From Vitrella brassicaformis CCMP3155 (Eukaryota; Protista; Chromerida): a stretch of 64,000 nucleotides of DNA. The translations under genes and the position numbers were made by a program. Position 1 is the first letter of the stretch. Every line of letters starts with the position of its first letter. Below, piece by piece: positions 40,268 through 52,899 of this stretch. The notes under the pieces are model-generated. The model was given only the letters and a program-made list of their open reading frames with translations, searched no databases and had not been told where the DNA came from. The DNA lies in NCBI GenBank assembly GCA_001179505.1, contig CDMY01000431.1, forward strand, positions 1 through 64,000. The letters run 5' to 3'.

Positions 40268-40960
40268 TCATGCGTTCAGCCAGCGAACGGCGACGACAAT
40301 CGGGACAAGCGCCCCAAACATCGTCAGCGACGGGCAACAAGATCTCTCACTCCATGTCCAAATGTCTGTCCATTCTTTACTTAAGCTTTTGCAGGGCGTC
40401 CGCTGCCGCACCTGCCGCCGCGCCAATAACATGGGCCAGCGCACCAAGACCCAAGCAAAGGCCACCAAAACCCACAGCGGCTCCATCCGCTCCACCGCTT
40501 CAAGGGTCTTGGTCAGCTTGGCCTCGATGGCCGCCTCCTTCTGCAGGGCATCCGCCAGTGCCTTGTTGCTCTCCACCAGCTGTGCCTGGAGCAGACCCAT
40601 CTTGGTCTGCATGACCGTGTTGCTGTCCTGCAGCAGCTGGATGGTCGCTACGTGCTTCTCATCTCGCGAATCCGCCTGCAGCCTCTCGACAGCCGCCAGT
40701 CGCCTCTCGATGACAGCTTGCCACCTCTCCTGATTGAGTTCCCTCTCGGCATTGAGGAGCTGGTCAGTAGTCTCATCAAGCGACAACACGGCGGGAGCTG
40801 AGGACGACATCGACATCCATGCAAGCCAACAACCCCAAACCCGGCCTCAGTCAGTGAGCAGTTTTCTCTGTTGCCGCCCTGTGCGGGTACCTTGTGCGGA
40901 TGAAGCTGTGGCCTCTCTGTCCATCGCGCAGTCACCGCGAGCGAGATGGATGGCAGATCT
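40268..40960 (-). CDS. Hypothetical coiled-coil protein with a C-terminal hydrophobic segment
   Basis: ORF 40268-40816: heptad-rich DQLLNAERELNQERWQAVIERRLAAVERL...AIEAKLTKTLEAVERME followed by LWVLVAFAWVLV. Small upstream exon near 40890-40960. Confidence 0.5.
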
Positions 40961-41409
40961 GCGTGGGAACCCACCGAAACAACAACGGACATGACGACGA
41001 TTGACTGACTGCTGTCGGTTGGTGTGGTGTGGATACTCACCCTCCCTTTGTCACAGCCTTTGGTTGGTTGGTTGGTTATTGACAAAGGGTGTTCGGTGAA
41101 ACCGCTGCTGATTGGCGCTCGGTCGAACGCAAAGGACATGGCGACGAGGAGCTGGCGCTCATCTCCCTGTGATGCTGGGTACGTGAATTTGCCAAGAACA
41201 ACGGAAATTGGTCGTCAATCGATGGTCATCGGTGGTGACAAAGCTGACACACATACGGTCCACAGCTGACACACATACGGTCCACAGCCACAGCAGGCAC
41301 GCTGGCCCAGTTCATCGAGGTGCTCGTTCAATCAATGTCTTTGCAGGCACGCAACAGTCACAACACAGTCACAACACAGCTGCAGTGGCCATGCCATTCC
41401 TCTCTGAGT

Positions 41410-43952
41410 CAATCAATGCCTCAGTATCAGCTGCAGGTCGATTCTCAGCAGAATGGCGGCCGGCAGATCACACGCTTCACAGCTGCTGCCATCCCATGCA
41501 AAGCACCGAACACACAGACACAGACAGACAGACAGACAGACAGACAGAGGATGTCTTGCCGCAGCCGAGGTGAGTGAGGCGCTCACCGTGATGTGCAGAC
41601 GAGCATGAGGTTGGGCGCCATGAACTCATCCAACAGACCCGCAAACACAGCCAGCAGGTCACGTGTCAGCTGACACGCACAAACAACACAACAGCAGCCG
41701 ATGGCGTCTCTCTCTCTATCCATGCACGTGGACGCCTGTGTGCCCGTTGTGTTGTGCTCACCCTGTTGTGTGTGTGTTTGGTGCCGAATATCTCCTCTAT
41801 GTCGTCGATGAAGAGCACTGAGGGATGGCTGGCGTAGGCCAACTCGAACCGCTCACGAAGCAACGACTGCACACACACACACATGGACACACAGACATTT
41901 TGTGTGCCACTTGCCCGGCCACGTACATGCCCCTCCACCGACTTACCTGTGAGAGGCCCACGATGCCGTGGACTGTGTTGGGGATGGTCAAGGAAAAGAC
42001 ACTCACTCCGCCGAGAGATGACAGCGCCCTGCACACGCCCATCCATCCATCAATTGTCGCTTCATTTCTCCCACATGAGCGAGCACCTTCCCAGCGTCGA
42101 TTTGCCGCTCCCTGAGGGCCCCAGCAGCAGCACCGATGAGCACTCAGACTCACCTGCACAAACCAAAAAGGGGAGTGCAGATCCACACCTAACAAGTGTG
42201 ACGGCTAGCGTGAGTGCAGCTGGCGTACTTGGTGCGGCTTCGGCGTCCTCATATCGCTCTGCACGCTCAAACAGCCGCCGCAATCGCTCACACGGCCCCT
42301 GAAAAAGAAACACACCGCCACCAACAGGACGACCACTTAGAAGACAATCTGTTCGTGTGTGTGTTTTATGTGTGTGTCGGGTCTCATTCATCTCGCTGAC
42401 CTGAAGGTGCGGCCTCAGTGCGTCGGGCGATATCACATAAGGCTGATTGGCGCCTTTGGCCAGCACACTCAGTGCATTCGACACGACGCCGGGCTCTCCG
42501 GATGACGGCGCACTGGCAATCTCACTGCACAAGCGGTACACACCTGCACACACGTGTGCAGTGCACATATTTAGTCGACATGATGTGTGTGGGTCACTCG
42601 GCCACTCCCTCACTGACTGACCTGTCCAGCTGCGGCCGGCCGTCCGCTGTGCCGCCTCTCTGGTCAGCTGCTCATCCTCCATTCCCCACCGGGCCAACAG
42701 ATGCCTGCAGAAACGAACACAGAGGAGGGAGAGAGCATCATGTTGACATACACACACAGTCAGTGGCTGTGTGTGCGCGTGCGCCATGCCATTCATCCGG
42801 CTCTCGTACCTGATCCACTGCATCCTCTGTCTGAATGAGGGAGGCTCCAAGGGAAGCACCACATCAAACATATCACCTGCACAGCCACAAGCAGCATCTG
42901 ACGATGGTGCATAGGATTGCATCCTCGCTGACACCACAGCGTGCCGCACGCACCTATTGCCCTGCTGGGCCTGTCCCTCAGGAGCGCGACAACAAGACAC
43001 CCACCGACCTCCCTCATCAGCCGCAGAGCACACCTCATGTCGTGGAACATCTGCAGCGACTCGTCGCCCTCAGAAATGAGCGCATCTATTCCACTAACAC
43101 CCTCCGCAGCACCAGGTGTGTGCTGCTGTGGCTCATCGATGTCAGCCTCATGGTCATCATCTGACAGATCTGGGCTGTCGGGTGAACCGACGTGTGTGTG
43201 GGCGACATCGTCAGTGACACCACTGGCCTGCAATCGCGGGAGAAATGAAGAGTGTGTGTGTGTGTGTCTGTGTGTGTGCTGATGACCATAGGGAGGCAGT
43301 CCAGGTGAGAAATGACAATCAGTCTGCGGACTGCAGATGAGCTGTATGGAGCACCAAGAATGGCCTGCACACACACGCAAGACAGACGCCCATGACACTC
43401 AGCACTCACTCGTCCATCGCTGTGTGTGCATCCCGTCCGCTGCTTACCGCGTAGCGGCGGCGAAGGGCCTCAGCGGGGCCAAAACCTGACACACATCAGT
43501 GAGTGAATGAACGAGTGAGGCAGTCGCACACGCGCGACAAACAGGCGCCCCCATTGTTGCCAATTTTTGCGGCTGACCTCTGCAAATGGCAGCGGCGTCA
43601 ATCATATGCAGCTCGAACACACCACGACCACCGGCAGCAGACTGCTCGTGCAGCCTGTCGAGATACGCCGCCAGCCAATCCACACACAGAGCACCATTCT
43701 CACCTGCACCAAGGAGAAGCCAGACAGACAGACCATCCATTCATCTGATCTGCCGCGCCCGCGTGTGATCTGTCACCGCCCACCTTCGGTAGCACAGTGA
43801 ATGGCGAGGGCAGCCACAGAGATCTCCATCTGGCCGTGCCTTTCCTCCTCACGAGCGCCCTGCGTGCAGCACATGAGTCGCCTGTTGATGAGTCTTTGGG
43901 TCAGATCCAGGCTGAACGGCAACCCAACGGACTCGCCGAAGGGCTCAACCAT
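41410..43952 (-). CDS. Divergent AAA+ ATPase (CDC48/AFG2/PEX-like), degenerate first module and recognisable second module
   Basis: Walker A VLLLGPSGSGKSTL, SVFSLTIPNTVHGIVGLSQ|SLLRERFELAYASHPSVLFIDDIEEIF (Walker B-like), DLLAVFAGLLDEF..NLMLVCTSR, DLPAAILLRIDLQL. Earlier exons include FDVVLPLEPPSFRQRMQWIR. Confidence 0.68.
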
Positions 43953-44455
43953 TAGCCCTGACGACGAAGGTGCGCAGATGCGAGCGAGAGAGGGAGAAGG
44001 GACGGCTGGGAGAAGGGAACAATTTGTGTAGAGGCTCGCGCCAGTGGAGGCACTGTGAAGACCTGTTGGGCGGACGAGTCCGCTTGTCCATCCCTCAGCC
44101 GCTTCTCGTTTGCAACTGATCCATCAACGGCCTTCAAGTTGCTGCCCGGCGGATCATCGCGGTACGTAGCGGCCTCTCGTCCGACGGTGAGTGGGAAGAT
44201 GCGGCGATTGGATCACTCACAAGCACACCGATCTGTTTGCTGTCTGTGTGTCTGTGTGTGTCTTCAGGTCTGCCTTGTCGACGGGCGGACTGATTGGTTG
44301 AGTGTGTGTGGACAGCTGGCTGCCGACTCATGCCTTTGATAGGCAAGCACTGATTGATGCACACAACAAATGCACCAGGTGCCCGCCAATCTGTCTGTGT
44401 GTGTGTGTGGTCCATGGTGCAGCTGTCTGTCTGTGTGTTTGAGTGAATGAGAGCG

Positions 44456-47400
44456 ATGTGGTCTGGTCGTCCCGACACCGACATGGCCGCTGCTGGCCCG
44501 GCGGACGGCGGCGATGGCGATGAAGGTACACTCAGCTCAGACAAATGCAGCACATCACACACGCAGCATCATTGGCAAAGGTCGTGTGTGTGTGTCTGTC
44601 CATTCCTCTGCAGGCCAACGCGGCGGCGGTGACGAGCGGCGGCCAGTGGATGTGGAGGAGCGCCAGGAGGGCCGTGCAAACGGTGGTGCGGTGAGCAATG
44701 TCGTCATGAGGCAGAGGAACAACGCCTCCATGACAGAGCCCTCTCAGATGCCATCGCCGGTAGGCCAACAAACACGAGCACCGCGACAGACAGACAGACA
44801 CCTTCACCCACTCTCCCTTTCATATGTGTGTGTCATTGGCTGTCCCGCCGCGGCACACGGCAGGCCATCCATCTCACAGCCAGGGTGGCGGGTGGGCCAC
44901 AAGCAGCAGCAGCATCAGCACCATCAGCAGTGGAGCAGGAATCCTCATCTAGCTATGCAGGTAGTCAATGGATGCACCACAGCCAGCCTGACACAGCACG
45001 TCATCATCGTCTGGGTCGTGTGTGTGTGTGGGTGTGTGTGTGTGTGAAGGTGTTGGTGTTGTAAAGCGTGCCGGCTCCCCTCTGGAGCATCAGGAGCACG
45101 AGAGGCCCAAGGGAGACAGGCAAAGGGACCAACCTGCCGCCAACCTGCCCAGTGCCCAGCAGCCACAGGTGATTGCATCCCTCCTCTGTCCTTACCACAC
45201 TAAGACATGGCATGGCTGTGTTGTGAACTGTGTTGTGTATGGTGTGAACAGCGTCCCCCCGCTGCCAATCCTCCTGCTGCTAGTCTTGGTGTCCCTCCAT
45301 CCACTGGTCCGACGCTGAGCGGCCATGGGCGTCGCCCACCGCAACCGCCCCGTCTCGGAGGGGGCGTCAGCAGTGGTGTTGGTGCTGAAGCTGGTGTTGC
45401 TGCCTCCGGTGGGCAGCAGGGCAGCGGGCAGGACCGACAGAACGGAGGTAGGTCAACAAATTACCCACCATCAACACACATACCACCCTCCCCTGTGGAC
45501 GCTATGCCACAGGTCCGACGCTACCCCCTGGCTGGAAGAGCTTGGAGAAGGGGGTGATCGACGTCGACTTCCCTCGTAGCACCAGTGACGCCAGCATTCG
45601 GCTGTCCAAGGCCATCATTCGCCGCACCATCACTGGCGCACAGCATCTGACGGGCATCATCCACCAGCAGGGATCGGACCCCGACCTGAGGGCGGGGCTG
45701 TGGGTGGCGGGCACCACATCATGCTGGACCTATCCGCTCCTGTCGCTGTGCATCGACAACCTCACCAACAACAGCGTGCCGTCCATATGGGCAGCCGACG
45801 TCAATGGTGGTTACACTCCCGTCGCCTTGCCTTTGTGGGAGACCCCCGGCCTCCAGTTTGCCGTCATGAAGGCCCTCATCGAAAGCGGCGCCGACATCAA
45901 TGCGGGCCATACGTGCTGGCCCATCCGGGTGGCCATCGCCTCATGCAATCGGCCCGCATTCGGCCTCTTGATGAGTCGGCCAGGTGCGCACCCATTCACA
46001 GCACTCACCACACCTAACACACAGCGTGATGTCTGTCTGTTCCAGGCATCCAGCTGCAGGGGCGTCAGGTGATGCGGCTGCCGAGCAGATCGCCGACGGA
46101 CCAGCCGACTGCGGCTCACGAGGCCATCCTGCTGTCCTTCTACCGGCAGCTCATCCAGCGTCACCCCACACTCGCAGCCGAGACCGATGCGGACAAAGGC
46201 AGCAATTCGGTGCATTGGGCCGCCATGAAGCCTTCCGTCTGGTCCCAGCAGTTCATCGAGGACTACATCGACATGCTGGTGGCCAACGGGGCCGACATCA
46301 CGGCTGTGGACAACTTTGGGCTGACGCCATTGCACCTCGCGGTCATCAGCGGCGCCCATTGTGTCGCTGCCTCTCTCTTCCGCCGCCTCACCCCTGCTGA
46401 CATCAACAGAGGGAGACCGAATGACCCCACCTGCACACCCCTCACCGATGCTGCCCGATGGCTCGATGAGTCCACCCAGCGGCTGCGGGACGACAATGTG
46501 GGCGAGGAGACGAAGGACGAATCCAGAAGACAGATCCCCAACCTGCAGAAGACCATCCGCACACTCCTCCAGGCCGGTGCCGACATCGCCCTGATGCCCA
46601 CGGCCACAGAGCGGCACCGCCGTCGCCGCCAGCTCGTGTTGGCGGAGCGCACGGCGCTGCCCAACGAGCTGCCCATTCCCGAGCCGCGCCCCGCCACCAT
46701 CGAGGCGCCCTTCCAGCCCCCCACAGCCAAGCACAAAACGACTGAGCAGCCCTCGGCTGACCGTCTGCTGCTCTCTAACCCCAGCTGTGTGTCGACGGCC
46801 GACCAGACGCCCCGCGAGGAGCCGCTGCCGGGCCCATCGGCAGGCAGCAAATTGGGCAGAGGGAGGGGGCTGGGCCTCCCGGCTGCTGCACCATCCCTGT
46901 CGTCTCGGGCGGCCCCTTCGGCTACCCCTCTGCCGTCAGCTGAGGAGCTGCACAAGTCGGCCATGCGGCGACCGTTTGTGTCGTCGAGTCCCTCTCACCC
47001 GCCCCCACGCCCTTCGCGCCTCCCACCTGCACACAGACCGGCGAGCGGTGCCGATGAGTCATTCCCGCATCCAGCGCATGAGCCACAGCATCCGTAAGCA
47101 GACAGACACAGAGAAGGGGATGGATTGGTTGGGCACAGTGAATGGTGTTGGTGTGTGTTGTCGTTTTATTTCGTGTCAGTGACGGCTCGTTTCTCTCGTC
47201 GTCGAGTGGGCATCGTCCGTCAGGACATCGGGGCCCTCTGGCACTCGTCAAGTGTCCCAGGCAAGGAACAGACAGGCCGACATCAGGACACCTCACGCAC
47301 ACATCGGTGGGGGGTCGCTTATGGTGCGTGCGTCTTCTCAGGTCGTTTGGGGCTTCGTTAAGCCACGATGACGCCCGTCAGTCGCCATTCTACGGGCCCA

Positions 47401-47786
47401 GGTAGCGCACACGCTCAATCAACACACGCGGCACAGCCGCCATCGAATTGCCACGTCTGTTCTGTGGTGTGTCAGATCCGGGTTTCACGCCTGTACGTCC
47501 TCCAGTAGCTACGACCACTCCAGTGCACCACCAGCTCCAGCAGCAGCTGCATTTGCAACACCATCAGCACCATACGAAGAGCCACTAGGGTAGGCAGGCA
47601 CACCCACACACCGGCGATGGGCTGCTCGTCACGTTATTGGCTTGCGACGCCGCGTGTGCTACCAGGTCATCGCACCACCATGAGGGCGGACAGGGCGTCT
47701 CGGTGTCGGTACACCATGGTGCTGCTGCTCCTGCTAATGCTCTAAATGATAGGTGGGTGTCGATTGGTTGTCTCACTATCAGTGTC

Positions 47787-47823
<37 letters not shown>

Positions 47824-48401
47824 GATGGCCGGCTCGTCGCGGGAGGCTGAGCTGCAGCGCGAGAACGAGGAGCTCAAGAGAAGGTACACGCATCCCATAA
47901 CACAGCACATAAGAACGAAACGCAACGGTCTCGTCGGTCGGTCAGGCTTGCCGAGCTCACCATCGCCGCGCAGCAGCACCAGCCGTCATCGTCCAGCAGC
48001 TCCAGTGCCCCTCTCCCGCTACAGCCTTCCCCCAGCAGCAGCAGCCCCCGGGTGCGGCCCAGCCAGAGGGAGATGGGCGTGAGTGTGCCATCTGCCTCGA
48101 CGCGCCCCCATCGGTCATGTACATGCCCTGCAGACACCTGCGGCTGTGTCGCCAGTGCTATGACCACCGCTGCAGCAAGTGGCGGCGGGACCTCCACCAG
48201 GTGCGGGCCGAGAATGCGCGGCGGCGTCAGGAGAACGAGCGCATCAAGAGACAGAACGAGGGCCGCAGGAAGGAGAAGAGGATACCGTTGGTGGAGCTGC
48301 TAGACGACCCGGAGTACCTGTGTGAGCACTGCAAAAAGAGGGTGGAGTTCGCCGGGTCGCGCGATGAGGTGCGGCAGTGGGCCGATCAGCCCATCATGTG
48401 A
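44456..48401 (+). CDS. Ankyrin family copy D: ankyrin repeats, internally deleted linker, RING-HC (apparent frameshift just before the RING)
   Basis: ORFs 45542-46072 and 46069-47097 carry the ankyrin core, and 47097 ends at a CC|GTAAGC donor. Later exons RSFGASLSHDD, SREAELQRENEELKRR, and the RING CAICLDAPPSVMYMPCRHLRLCRQC...CEHC ending VRQWADQPIM*. Confidence 0.7.
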
Positions 48402-49509
48402 CCTTCCTACCATCCTGCCAACAGACATCGATGTGGGAGAGGGCGGGAGGGAGGGAGGCAGTGTAGCGGACAGGGGGAGGGAGAGAGGGGAGGGAGAGAG
48501 ACAGCTTTTTGACTGAGTGGCTCTTCCATGCCATGAGACCGATGCTATCCAGTGAGTGTAGGTCACCACTGCGGACACAGAGATCGATGAGGGGGTGTCC
48601 TCAACTGTCAAGCAGACAGAACGGTGAGACAGACAGACAGACACACAGACAGCCAAATGGGTTTTTCCTCTGCCCGTCTGCTGGCGTGTCATTGAGTGCC
48701 TCGAGTTCGTGTATGAGCAGAGACTGGTTGTTCGGTGTGTGCCGCTTTCTTGACTGCCTGCCGTCCATGACAGAGTCTGGTGATGCGGGGCGTAACTGGT
48801 GTGTATGTCCAGGTAAAGACCGTTTTTGATGTGTGGAATGGCTGATGAATACCGGGTGCGAAGTGATGACTACTCTGTATGACATTTAGTTCCATATGGT
48901 GGGTCGTGACAGTTTGACACACACAATCAGGGAGCCAAGTGAGCGGGTCATTCATCAAGAGCAATTCATCCAAAGTGAGCAGGGCGCACTGCGGCCGAAT
49001 GCTTCACTCCTGACGCGGCCTCTGAGCCCATGAGAAGGGCTCCTTCCCTCTCCTTTCTCGACCTGCGAGCTGATCGATGCGAGCCTGAGAGATGGCAGCA
49101 GGACACGATTTTGTTTTCCCTCGATACGATGAGGCCCTGCTGACCCATAAGCGGGGCGGATCCATCGTTATCGAGTGTGCACGGCCCTGCTGCGCAACAG
49201 ATCATCGCGGCACGTAGCGGCCTCTCGTCCGACGGTGAGTGGGAAGATGCGGCGATTGGATCACTCATAAGCACACCGATGAGCTGACAGTGTTTGCTGT
49301 CTGTGTGTCTGTGTGTGTCGGTGGTCTTCAGGTCTGCCTTGTCGACGGGCTGACTGATTGGTTGAGTGTGTGTGTGCGGCTGGCCGTCGACTCATACGTT
49401 TGATAGGCAAGCACTGGTTGATGCACACAACAAATGCATCAGATGCCTGCAGGCCCATCTGTCTGTGTGTGGTCCGTGGTGCAGCTGTCTGTCTGAGTGA
49501 GGGAGAGTG

Positions 49510-52196
49510 ATGTCTTGTCGTCCCGACACCGACATGGCCTCCCCTGCTATGGCGGACGGTGGCGATGGCGATGAAGGTACACTCAGCTCAGACAAATGCA
49601 GCACAGCACACACACAGCACCGTCGTGTTTGTGGATGTGTGCAGATGGGGAGTGCGCAGGTCCTGAGGAGGGCGGTGGTGCGGTGACCAATGTCGTCATG
49701 AGGCAGAGGAGCAACGCCTCCACGACAGAGCCCTCTCAGATGCCATCGCCGGTAGGCCAACAAACAAGAGCACCGCGACGGACAGACAGACACCTTCACC
49801 CACTCTCCCTTTCGTATGTGTGTGTCATTGGCTGTCCCGCCGCGGCACACGGCAGGCCATCCATCTCACGGCCAGGGTGGCGGGTGGGCCACAAGCAGCA
49901 GCAGCATCGGCAGCAGGGGAGCAGGAACCCTCATCTAGCTGTGCAGGTAGTCAATGAAGGCACAACAGCCAGCCTGACGCAGGACGCCATCATGGTCTGG
50001 GGCGTGTGTGTGTGTGTGTGTGTGAAGGTGTAGGTGTTGTGAAGCGTGCCGGCTCTCCTCTGGAGCATCGGGAGCCTAAGAGGGCCAAGGGAGACGGCCA
50101 GACACACCAACCTGCCGCCAACCTGCCCAATGGCCAACAGTCACAGGTGATTGCATGCCTCCTCTGCCCCTTACTCAGCACCACACTAAGAGATGGCATG
50201 GCTGTGTTGTGTTGTGTATGGTATGTGCAGCGTCCCCCCGCTCCCCATCCTGCTGCTGCTGGTGTTGGCGGCCATGCCCATCGCCCACCGCCACCGCCCC
50301 GTGTCGGAAAGGGCGTCAGCAGCAGTGCTGCTGGGGATCTCGGTGTTGGTGCTGGTGTCGGTGCCTCTGGTGGGCAGGGCAGCCGGCAGGTTCGACAGGA
50401 TAGAGGTCGGTCAACAAGTCACCCACCACCAACACACATATACCACCCTCCCCTATGGACGCTGTGCCACAGGTCCGTCGCTACCACCTGGCTGGAAGAG
50501 CTACGGGAACGGCGTCGACGTCCGCCTCCCTCTTGGCACCAGCGACGCCAGCAGACGGCTGTCCAAGGCCATCATCCGCCGCACCGTCACTCACCCACAG
50601 CAGGTGACGGACATGATCCAGCGGCAGGGGGCCGAGCCCAATGTGATGCCACTGCTGCGGGTGGAGGGCACCACGAGCGGCTATTTCCCTTATCCGCTGT
50701 TGTCGCTGTGCGTTGACAACCTCACTGACAACCGCCTGCCGTCCATCTGGGCAGCCGACGACGGGGGCGGTGGCACTCCCGTCGCCATGCCGACGTGGAA
50801 GACGCCCTCCCTGCAGCTCGCCGTCATGCGAAGCCTGATCCAGGGAGGCGCCGACGTCAATCGGGATGAGGGTGACCATAGGCCCATCGTGGTGGCCATC
50901 GCCTCGTGCAATCCGGCCGCATTCGACCTCCTGATGAGTCGGCCAGGTGCACACCCATTCACAGCACTCACCATACGGAACATACATCATGATGTCTGTC
51001 TGTCTGTTCCAGGCATCCAGCTGCAGGGGCGTCGCGTGGCGTTTCTGCCGCGCACATTGCCGACGGATCAGCCGAGTGAGGCTCACGAGGCCACGCTGCT
51101 GTCCTTCTACCGGCAGCCTGTCGACCAGCGTGACCCCACACTCGCGACCGAGCGGGGCCCGGGTGACGGCAATCCGCTCCATCGGGCAGCCGCGTCCTAT
51201 CCCGTCTGGTCCCAGCAGTTCATCGAGGACTACATCGACCTGCTGGTGGCCAACGGGGCCGACATCACGGCCGTGAGCAGCAGTGGATCGACGCCATTGC
51301 GCTTCGCGGCCATCACCGGCTCTCACTGTGTCGCTGCGTCTCTCTGTCGCCGTCTTCCCGCTGCCGACATCAACAGAGGGACCCAAAATAACCCCGCCTG
51401 CACGCCCCTCACCCTCGCTGCCATATCGCTTGATGACGACACACAGCGGCTGCGAGACGACAACACGGAGCAGGCCGAGAGGGATCGGGTCACCATCCGG
51501 ATCTCCAACCTCAAGACCACCATCCGTGTGCTGCTCCAGGTGGGCGCTGACATCGCCCTCATGCCCACGGCCACGGAGGAGGACCGCCGTGGTCGCCAGC
51601 TGGTGCTGCCCGAGTACGCGACAGTCCTCAACAACCTGCCCAATGATGTCATGGCTGCCATCAACGCCGCCCTCGCCCCTCAGCGGTCGCTCGCGGCCTT
51701 GCTCGCCCCCCGGCTGGCCGTCGGCCCGCAGGAGGCCCCCATCTTCGCCTGGCGCATCGCATCGTACCTCTTCGACATGGACGCCGCCACCCAGACCATC
51801 ACCGAGGCCATCGGCGTGCGGCACTCCGCTATGGCCCATCGTGTGCGTGCGTCTGTCGAGCATTTCGTCCGGTCGGCAGTGTACGAGGCCAGCAGCAACA
51901 GGGAGGTGGTGGGCGGGATGGCCGATGTGGGCGGCGAGACGGTGCGGGTGCCGCTGCAGTGCTTCGCCATCAATGCCGGACAGCAGGGGAGCGGGCAGCA
52001 CCGGCAGCTGGGTGTGCGTGAGGTGGTTCACAGGGCTCGGCTGGACGAGGCGGCCCAGCATGGCGTCGCGGGGCTGGTCAAGGGCTTCAACGAGTACCTG
52101 GGCAATGACGACTGCCAGTTCCAGTGGCAGCAGCTGGGGTGCGTCGAGAGGGGCCGGGACGGCATAGCGACCTTCAGACCGCTGCAGCTGACGTGA
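49510..52196 (+). CDS. Ankyrin family copy E (same architecture as copy A)
   Basis: ORF 50193-52196 with GAEPN, GADVN, NPLHRAA, NGADITAVSSSGSTPLRFAA and a C-terminal QCFAI...HRQLGVREVVHRARLDEAA...FQWQQLG domain. Upstream exons from MSCRPDTDM at 49510. Confidence 0.85.
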
Positions 52197-52899
52197 TATG
52201 GGCGAGCGGGGCACGTCGATTTGTGGATGGATGGATGGATGAGGGGGAGGGGCAGACGGGCGGGCAGGCTTTGATGTGTGCATGACTAGATTGCTGTCGC
52301 TGCCTCACTGGCTGCTTCCTTTGTGTGGGTGGACGGAGAAAGGGGAGGCAGACAGGCCAGCAGATGGACAGCCCGGCACTGGTCGGTGTGAGTCATTCTC
52401 ATGTGTTCACTCAGTGGCACTCAACATCCAGTCGGGTGTCACCGACGCGAATGCCGTGGTAGATGCTCACCTGCTGCCAGCCTGCCTGCCTGCCCGCCTG
52501 TGGAAGGTGGAGATGGCGGCAGGATGTTGTGAGGTGCGTTTAGTGGTGTTGACTGAATGAGTTCACCTGTTGGTCGTGCTGGTACATGGCTGTGTGCAGT
52601 GGATGACCGAACTACTGAATGACATTGCATGATGGTCTCGATTGGTCGACACGCACAAGACAGCGGCTACTCGTTTCGCTATGCGTCAAATGCCTTTCTC
52701 TCTCGAGGATGAGAGAGACGGCACACACCCTCGTGCACGGCACAGGCAGGCAGAAGCGCTCCACCACACAGCCATCCAAAGAGATATATAGATGTGGCGA
52801 GTGAGTCAATAAAGCAGCCAAAGGCAGTCACACATCGGCCTCAGCATCACATCAAAATCGGCCAGCAGCGGATCTTACCGCACCAGATGAACCCACACC

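Noticed and set aside
50481-52283. Long antisense ORFs (600 aa here; also 14483-15670, 21243-22538, 45811-46734)
   Set aside because: Shadow frames of GC3-rich ankyrin coding sequence with no independent motifs.
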